32,000 nt of DNA from Candidatus Altimarinota bacterium (lineage in GTDB: Bacteria > Patescibacteriota > Gracilibacteria > UBA1369): the NCBI GenBank assembly GCA_041659405.1, contig JBAZYK010000003.1, forward strand, positions 127,651 through 159,650, given 5' to 3'. Both the position numbers and the translations under genes were made by a program. The first letter of the stretch is position 1, and each line of letters opens with the position of its first letter. Shown here in pieces: positions 26,583 through 32,000 of the stretch. A model generated the notes under the pieces. The model had not been told where the DNA came from and ran no database searches. It saw only the letters and a program-made list of their open reading frames with translations.

Positions 26583-29063
26583 TTATTGTGTGGGAATTTT
26601 CATTGCTCCCCAGGCTGAATCATAGTTATTTCCGGCATTCCAAACCACAAAAGAAAAAAGTCCAAGATCATATGTGGCATCAACCTGTTTTTGCACATAG
26701 GCAGGCCCAAAATTAGTCACGCGCAATCTAAATCCCTGCAACCACGGTCGTAACTCCACCGAAGTTCCTGCAATCAACTTCTGAAATTGTTTCAAACTTT
26801 CCTGCACAAAAAAATACGGTTCATTCGCAGGATTTTTGTGTCCGGCAAACCCGGGACCAAAATGCGAAGGATAAACCATCGGATAAATTGCATCAACGTA
26901 AGGCGCCAACTCTTCAATTTTCTGTCCGGTCGAAACCGAATCGTAGCCGCCATTCCAGGCAACCACCCCATAAACATCAATGCCCACTTTAACCCCAAGT
27001 GGATGCAATGTTTCACCCGCCTTCTTTAAAAAATCGCGAATAATTTCATATTTTTGAACAACCTTTTCATCAAACGAATAATTTGCTTGCCCAACTTTTC
27101 CCTGCGTTGGAAAGCGCACGTAATCAAACTGAATTTCATCCACGCCAAGTTTCGCAACTTCCTCAGCCACGCTGATTACATAATCCTGAACTGCAGGTAG
27201 CGAAGGATCAAGCCAAGACTGCCCTTCCGGACTCCTCCAAAGATTTCCGTTAAAATCATGAATCGCCCATTCCGGCTTTTTCACGGCCATTAACTCATCC
27301 TTAAAACAAACCACGCGCGCCACCACGGTAATCCCCTTTTCATGCGCGGACTTTATAAACGCCTGCGGATCCTTAAAAATAAGTCTGTTATTCCCACCAA
27401 CCTTTTTATTGATTTCATTTTGAGTTTGATAGTACAGATGCCCATCAGTTTCCTTAAAATCCACCACCACCAAATTGCCGCCACTTTGCTGCAATTTTTT
27501 CAAAATATCTTCAGCATGAGTAGAACCGGCCGAATAAGCCGTTAAATAAATCCCCCGATACGATATTAGATATTGCAAAGTTTTTATTAAAACCCGGGGA
27601 GCCTTTTTAAAAGTCGCCGCCAGATTAGTATAAATTTTCATCAAAAATTCACGATTTCTTTTATCCGCCGCCGCCTGCTCGGCCGGAGTTCGAATAATCT
27701 GCTGAATCACTTGAGTTTCGACTTGTTGAGTCACCGCAGTTTTTGCCACCTGTGTAGAATTTTGCTGAGTTGCCACCGTCACTTGCGTCCCCACGGCCAC
27801 ACCCTGCACCACCACTGCTTCCACGGCCGAAACTGGAAGCGCCAGCCCTGCCGCAATCGCACTTTGCACACCTGCCAAAACATTTTCAACATTCACCTCA
27901 CTAAAAATATATGGCTTAAAAGTTTCCACGCGTGCGCCCAAAGTCACAACCGCACGAGCCGTCTCTCCAGGCTTTCTGCCAAAATGTCGCAACCACTCAG
28001 CATCAATACCCTGAATGCGCGGTGTGCGAAAAGGATCAACCCCCGCAGCCAAAGTTTTTGTAGGATCAGCGCCGACCAAAAGTCCAAGTTTAATATTGTA
28101 AGAAATTCCATCAGCAGAACCGGACATTAAATCTGCCAAGTTAGATTTGGCAACAGGAACACCACCTTGCGCCACTGCACCACCAACCTCTTTGACAGAA
28201 GCAACAGGCACTTTTGGCACTCCACCAAAAGGATAAGCAATGGTATCCAAACGCATCCCCACCGGCAAAAGCGCTTTTAAAGCCTTAGTCTGATCCAAAA
28301 AAATCTGCTTAATTGCCTCCGGTTTCACTTTGGAAAGGTTTGTATGCGACAAAGTATGATAACCAATTTGACGACCGGTCTGATACAAATACTCAAACTT
28401 TTGCTTCACCAAATCTTTTTGACCAAAAGCGTTATCATTCACAAAAAATGTCGCAGCACGGCCAAAATCAGGATATTGTTTATAAAAGTCGTCCAAAATT
28501 CCAACAGCGCAGTTTGGGTCTATCTTAAGCTGTCCGGCGTCACTTACCCCCAAAGTTTGATTCTGACTGGCATCACTCGCCTCCAAAGTTTGACGCTGGC
28601 TAACATCACCGGCCCCCAAGCTTTGATTCTGGCTGACATCACCCTTCAAATATTTAAACTGACTGATCAGCCCATCATCAAAAGTTAAAATTACCGGCTT
28701 TTTCCCGGCAGGCCCCACAATCTTTCCATCAACAAAATCCTCCAAACTGATCAAACGATAATCATTATTATAAAGCCACAAAAGATCATTTTTAAATTGA
28801 TTCACCGAAGTCCCCCAGCGACTTCCGGCCGCATCAATATGATGAATCTCTAAAATCGGGATGCGGCCGGTAGCCACACTTACGCTTTGAACAGTGCCCG
28901 TACCGGCATTCGATGCGGACAAACTCGTGCTCCCACCAGTCACACCAGTCGTCACCAAATTTTGCGCGTACAATTTTTCAAAACTAAATCCTCCAAAAAC
29001 AAAACTTGCCGCTGTCACCGCCACACTCATCACCGCCAAAATCCCAAACGAAATTTTTCTCAT
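26583..29063 (-). CDS. Secreted two-domain protein: NodB-like polysaccharide deacetylase fused to DUF4015-like putative glycosyl hydrolase
   Basis: Signal peptide, then VILTFDDG...AATFFVNDNAF...IGYHTLSHTNLSKV...IAYPFGG (NodB motifs). C-terminal YRGIYLTAYSAGS...NLVVVDFKETDGHLYY...WLDPSLPAVQDYVISVAEEVAKLGVDEIQFDYVRFPTQG...VGIDVYGVVAWN...VDAIYPMVYPSHF...RPWLQGF (DUF4015/TIM-barrel-like). Confidence 0.9.
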   Translation of the reverse strand: MRKISFGILAVMSVAVTAASFVFGGFSFEKLYAQNLVTTGVTGGSTSLSASNAGTGTVQSVSVATGRIPILEIHHIDAAGSRWGTSVNQFKNDLLWLYNNDYRLISLEDFVDGKIVGPAGKKPVILTFDDGLISQFKYLKGDVSQNQSLGAGDVSQRQTLEASDASQNQTLGVSDAGQLKIDPNCAVGILDDFYKQYPDFGRAATFFVNDNAFGQKDLVKQKFEYLYQTGRQIGYHTLSHTNLSKVKPEAIKQIFLDQTKALKALLPVGMRLDTIAYPFGGVPKVPVASVKEVGGAVAQGGVPVAKSNLADLMSGSADGISYNIKLGLLVGADPTKTLAAGVDPFRTPRIQGIDAEWLRHFGRKPGETARAVVTLGARVETFKPYIFSEVNVENVLAGVQSAIAAGLALPVSAVEAVVVQGVAVGTQVTVATQQNSTQVAKTAVTQQVETQVIQQIIRTPAEQAAADKRNREFLMKIYTNLAATFKKAPRVLIKTLQYLISYRGIYLTAYSAGSTHAEDILKKLQQSGGNLVVVDFKETDGHLYYQTQNEINKKVGGNNRLIFKDPQAFIKSAHEKGITVVARVVCFKDELMAVKKPEWAIHDFNGNLWRSPEGQSWLDPSLPAVQDYVISVAEEVAKLGVDEIQFDYVRFPTQGKVGQANYSFDEKVVQKYEIIRDFLKKAGETLHPLGVKVGIDVYGVVAWNGGYDSVSTGQKIEELAPYVDAIYPMVYPSHFGPGFAGHKNPANEPYFFVQESLKQFQKLIAGTSVELRPWLQGFRLRVTNFGPAYVQKQVDATYDLGLFSFVVWNAGNNYDSAWGAMKIPTQ
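28537..28644 (-). repeat. 33-bp in-frame tandem repeat, about 3.3 copies
   Basis: Units 28537-28569, 28570-28602, 28603-28635 plus partial 28636-28644; translation DVSQNQSLGAG / DVSQRQTLEAS / DASQNQTLGVS / DAGQ. Confidence 0.85.
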
Positions 29064-29386
29064 AACAAAAATAAAGAACAGGTCTATTCTCCTGAATCAC
29101 AAAACAAAAAGCAAACGGAAAAAAGGCTAAACAAGGATAGCAAAATATAAATTTAAGCGAATTAACCTAAAACAAATTCACCCTCTGCCGTCACGCGCAA
29201 ATTACCCATCTCCACCATAAACAAAGCAAGCTCCATAAAACCATCAAAACCCCTGGAGCCGGAACATAAATCCGCACACGGCAATAGTCAAATATTGGCT
29301 TAGAATAAAGGAAATTCGCCAATATACCACACCGCACTTTTAATAACTTTTCAACCCGAAAAGTTCGATTTTTCTTTGCGAAAATG

Positions 29387-29392
29387 TATAAT
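29387..29392 (+). promoter_or_regulatory. Candidate -10 element upstream of the HNH gene
   Basis: Perfect TATAAT in an AT-rich intergenic region about 120 bp upstream of the ATG; no good -35 box seen. Confidence 0.3.
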
Positions 29393-29513
29393 TCTAATAT
29401 TCGATAAAGCGCAGCAGGAAAAGAAAAAACAAGATTCACAAAACTTCAAAAAAATCCAAAAAAAATAAAACCTTAAATATCCTCGAAATCTCAAATTTTA
29501 ACCAAGATACAAC

Positions 29514-30632
29514 ATGCAAACACCCAATCTCACAACCAGCAACCTTAAAATTATCGACGACCAAAATATCACAACCCTAAACGACCAGGAACTTCTTGCC
29601 ATGGACGACCAAAAATTGTTTGCGATGTGCCAAAAATATGGAGAACAAGCGCGAATCTGGCGTCAGAAATTTGCCGGACTACTTCCGGAAGTAAACAAAC
29701 GCCGCTTGTATGAGCGCAAAGGCTTTGAATCGATTTTCGTATTTGCCAAAAAATTGGCTAGTATGAGCGAACTGCAAGTACGACGAGCGCTCAATCTTAA
29801 AGAAAAATTCAAAGAAATGCCCATGCTGCAAAATCTTTTAATCAACGGTGAAGTTAGCATGAATAAACTCGCGCGCGTGGCTTCAATCGCAACTCCAAAA
29901 AATCAGGAAATTTTGGCTGAACAGGCAAAAATCCTTTCAAATCGAGCCCTGGAAACTTTTGTGAAAGATGAACGAACCGCAAAAGAAAATTCGGACCAAA
30001 ATGATCCAACCAAACTCATTGAAAGCGAAACCCAAAACGGCAGTATCAAAAATAAAAATAGCTTCCAGAAGCCACTTTTTGACCTTAAATCTGTGCACGT
30101 GCACACGCAAACAACAGATCTTTTCGAGGATGTCAAATTGCTCGAAAAACTTTCGTCGGAACTTAAAACAAAACTAAAAGAACTCGACCAAAAAGGCTTG
30201 GACATCAATCAAATTCTGCTCAAACTTTTGCAAAATCGTGAAGAAGAAATCGCAGCAGAAAAAGAAAAAATCGGCGAAGCAATCGTGGCAGAGCAGTTAA
30301 TGCAACAGCAGGCAAAAAGCCAGAAACAAGCGCTGAATGCACAAAATCAGGCTGCCAACACACAGATTCTCGCGGAAATTCCAACAAAAAAGCCATCACG
30401 CTACCTCAATGTGAAAATTAAAAACGTGCTTAAAAAAGAATTCGGTGATAAATGTTCGATTCCAGGTTGCAACAATCTTGCAAAACCAAATCACCACACG
30501 CAAAGGTTTGGACTAAGCCAAAATAACGACCCACGTTTTCTGGCCCCGCTTTGTCCGCAACATCACGAAATCGCGCATTCGATTGACCAAAAATATCAAT
30601 TCAGAAAACATCTGGCAATTTGCGCGACCTGA
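29514..30632 (+). CDS. HNH endonuclease domain-containing protein
   Basis: 372 aa, C-terminal CSIPGCNNLAKPNHHTQRFGLSQNNDPRFLAPLCPQHHEIAH (CxxxxC + HH + CxxH/H, HNH-like), preceded by a Lys/Glu/Gln-rich helical region and an N-terminal helical region. Confidence 0.82.
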   Translation: MQTPNLTTSNLKIIDDQNITTLNDQELLAMDDQKLFAMCQKYGEQARIWRQKFAGLLPEVNKRRLYERKGFESIFVFAKKLASMSELQVRRALNLKEKFKEMPMLQNLLINGEVSMNKLARVASIATPKNQEILAEQAKILSNRALETFVKDERTAKENSDQNDPTKLIESETQNGSIKNKNSFQKPLFDLKSVHVHTQTTDLFEDVKLLEKLSSELKTKLKELDQKGLDINQILLKLLQNREEEIAAEKEKIGEAIVAEQLMQQQAKSQKQALNAQNQAANTQILAEIPTKKPSRYLNVKIKNVLKKEFGDKCSIPGCNNLAKPNHHTQRFGLSQNNDPRFLAPLCPQHHEIAHSIDQKYQFRKHLAICAT

Positions 30633-30822
30633 AAATCAGACCACCGGCTTCCGCCCATTCAGCGCAAAGCAATCACGCGCAATTGCGCAATCCGCAACAC
30701 AATCTACGGACATCTTTACAAAAACCGGCCGCACCCGTAGCATGAAAACAAATGAACCTGGGCTAACCAGCAAGTGGCCGATACCGTGACCAAACCAAAC
30801 AGCCAATCCTCGCAACTCCCCC

Positions 30823-31794
30823 ATGAACCTCACCCCTTATTACGATTTCGCCGTTCGCACAGCGCAGCACGCAGGCAAAATTTTGCTGGACCATTACCAA
30901 ACCGATCTTAAAATTAATTACAAAAGTTCCAACAAAAAAAATCTGGTGACAATGGTCGACAAAAAATCCGAAAAATTCATTGTTGATGCCATTAGAAAAA
31001 ACTTCCCGGACCACAGTATTTTAGCCGAAGAAGGCGGAGAATATGGGCCGCTGGCTGCCGAGAAAGATCATGCTCGAACATCAGACCAGTCCTCCGGCCA
31101 GCACAACTCGCGCGCGAAAACCGCGGGCCGTCAACCCACTCTCACGAAATCCAAAGTCGCCGCACACACTTTCCGCTGGATTATTGATCCGCTCGACGGC
31201 ACCACCAATTATGCCCATGGCCACAACTTTTTTGCTGTTTCGATCGCCCTGGAAATTGATGGCGAGATTGTAATTGGCGTAGTTTACGCCCCACAATTAG
31301 ACGAGCTTTTCCGCGCAGCCAAAGGGCACAAAGCCTATCTGAACAACGAAACAATCCACGTTTCCAAAATTAAAAAATTAGACGATTCCCTGCTTGCAAC
31401 CGGTTGGATTTATGAACAGCGCGACCGCAACATGCCTTTTGTGAAAAAATTTATGGGCGAGTGCCACGGTTTACGCCGATGCGGAGCCGCAGCCATTGAT
31501 CTGGCCTATCTGGCCATGGGTCGCTATGAAGGATTCTGGGAATTTGGCTTAAAAGCCTGGGATATTGCCGCCGGAAAATTAATAGTTGAAGAAGCCGGAG
31601 GCAAAATAACCGATATGGCAGGCAAAAAAATCAACATCGACGATTTCTGGAATTCGAAAAAATCAGCAGCAGCAGAAAAATCAGACGCTCACGCAAGCGA
31701 CAAAGCGGACTCGAAACAAGCCCCACCCACAATTTTGGCCACCAACAGCCTGATTCACAGCCAAATGCTCAAAGAAATCAAGAGTGTGAAATAG
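30823..31794 (+). CDS. Inositol monophosphatase family protein
   Basis: LVTMVDKKSEKFI, SILAEEGGEYG, WIIDPLDGTTNYAHG, GAAAIDLAYLAMGRYEGFWEFGLKAWDIAAGKLIVEEAGGKITD: complete set of IMPase metal-binding motifs. Confidence 0.95.
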   Translation: MNLTPYYDFAVRTAQHAGKILLDHYQTDLKINYKSSNKKNLVTMVDKKSEKFIVDAIRKNFPDHSILAEEGGEYGPLAAEKDHARTSDQSSGQHNSRAKTAGRQPTLTKSKVAAHTFRWIIDPLDGTTNYAHGHNFFAVSIALEIDGEIVIGVVYAPQLDELFRAAKGHKAYLNNETIHVSKIKKLDDSLLATGWIYEQRDRNMPFVKKFMGECHGLRRCGAAAIDLAYLAMGRYEGFWEFGLKAWDIAAGKLIVEEAGGKITDMAGKKINIDDFWNSKKSAAAEKSDAHASDKADSKQAPPTILATNSLIHSQMLKEIKSVK

Positions 31795-31805
31795 AAGGCC
31801 GGTAC

Positions 31806-31900
31806 ATTCAATCCCAAACCAAATCCTGATCCCACCGATAATCCTCCCCCAGGGGAGTGTTATCACGAACTTCTGGGATCATACGCTTTTTGGTTTGAAT
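31806..31900. other. Extended structured intergenic element downstream of the IMPase gene
   Basis: Nested stems GATCCCA/TGGGATC (31828-31834/31874-31880), GATAA/TTATC (31837-31841/31860-31864), CTCCCC/GGGGAG (31844-31849/31852-31857), plus outer AAACCAAA/TTTGGTTT (31816-31823/31889-31896) and ATTC/GAAT. Confidence 0.5.
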
Positions 31901-32000
31901 AAATTAAATCGCTAGACATAGAGCTGAACAATGCGATATAAAAAGAAATCAACATCACTCACCCCACGAACCAGTAATCTGAATCCTTTTAATCTGGCAT

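Noticed and set aside
27289-28688. Several + strand ORFs (27711-28130, 28313-28528, 28344-28688)
   Set aside because: Antisense to the deacetylase/glycosidase gene and low-complexity; the repeated SLILTG/ALILAD pattern comes from the 33-bp repeats.
29191-29439. 82-aa - strand ORF in the intergenic region upstream of the HNH gene
   Set aside because: Composition (Cys/Trp/Arg-rich, no family) looks random; another frame gives an unanchored tail ...MELALFMVEMGNLRVTAEGEFVLG* that might be a remnant, but the evidence is too weak.
31681-31866. 61-aa - strand ORF at the IMPase 3' end
   Set aside because: Mostly antisense to the IMPase C-terminus and crosses the structured intergenic element; no supporting signature.
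1-32000. Alternative genetic code (TGA = Gly, as in Gracilibacteria/Absconditabacteria)
   Set aside because: Conserved genes (uvrB, nrdJ, dinG-like) are open over thousands of bp under standard stops, and the HNH gene terminates naturally at TGA after its domain; code 11 fits.
1-32000. CRISPR array or direct-repeat/spacer structure
   Set aside because: Repeats found are coding (33-bp in-frame units, FG-GAP modules, 333-bp block); no regularly spaced identical short repeats with unique spacers.

Overview
The window looks like an ordinary chromosomal segment, probably from a candidate-phylum (Patescibacteria/Peregrinibacteria-like) bacterium; the lineage is inferred from gene content only. Supported genes: DinG/XPD-type helicase, TPR protein, LemA plus two tandem DUF2207 membrane proteins with Gly-rich ...GGGGAW tails, two giant SLH/Ig-like surface proteins (one with FG-GAP/VCBS repeats, one with a DUF2341-like domain), uvrB, a DUF378-type small membrane protein, a large AdoCbl-dependent ribonucleotide reductase (nrdJ), a secreted polysaccharide deacetylase-glycosidase fusion, an HNH endonuclease-domain protein and an inositol-monophosphatase-family protein. 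I found no CRISPR array, tRNA/rRNA, transposase, phage module or clear defence system. The most interesting items are: (1) a 122-bp, perfectly registered interrupted palindrome touching the nrdJ stop codon; (2) a 333-bp block that is 100% nucleotide-identical between the two surface-protein genes, next to a block that is protein-identical but synonymously diverged, which suggests gene conversion; (3) a DinG-like helicase lacking the first expected Fe-S cysteine; (4) in-frame 33-bp tandem repeats inside a deacetylase domain; (5) a G8 tract in a surface-protein gene; (6) several structured intergenic regions.
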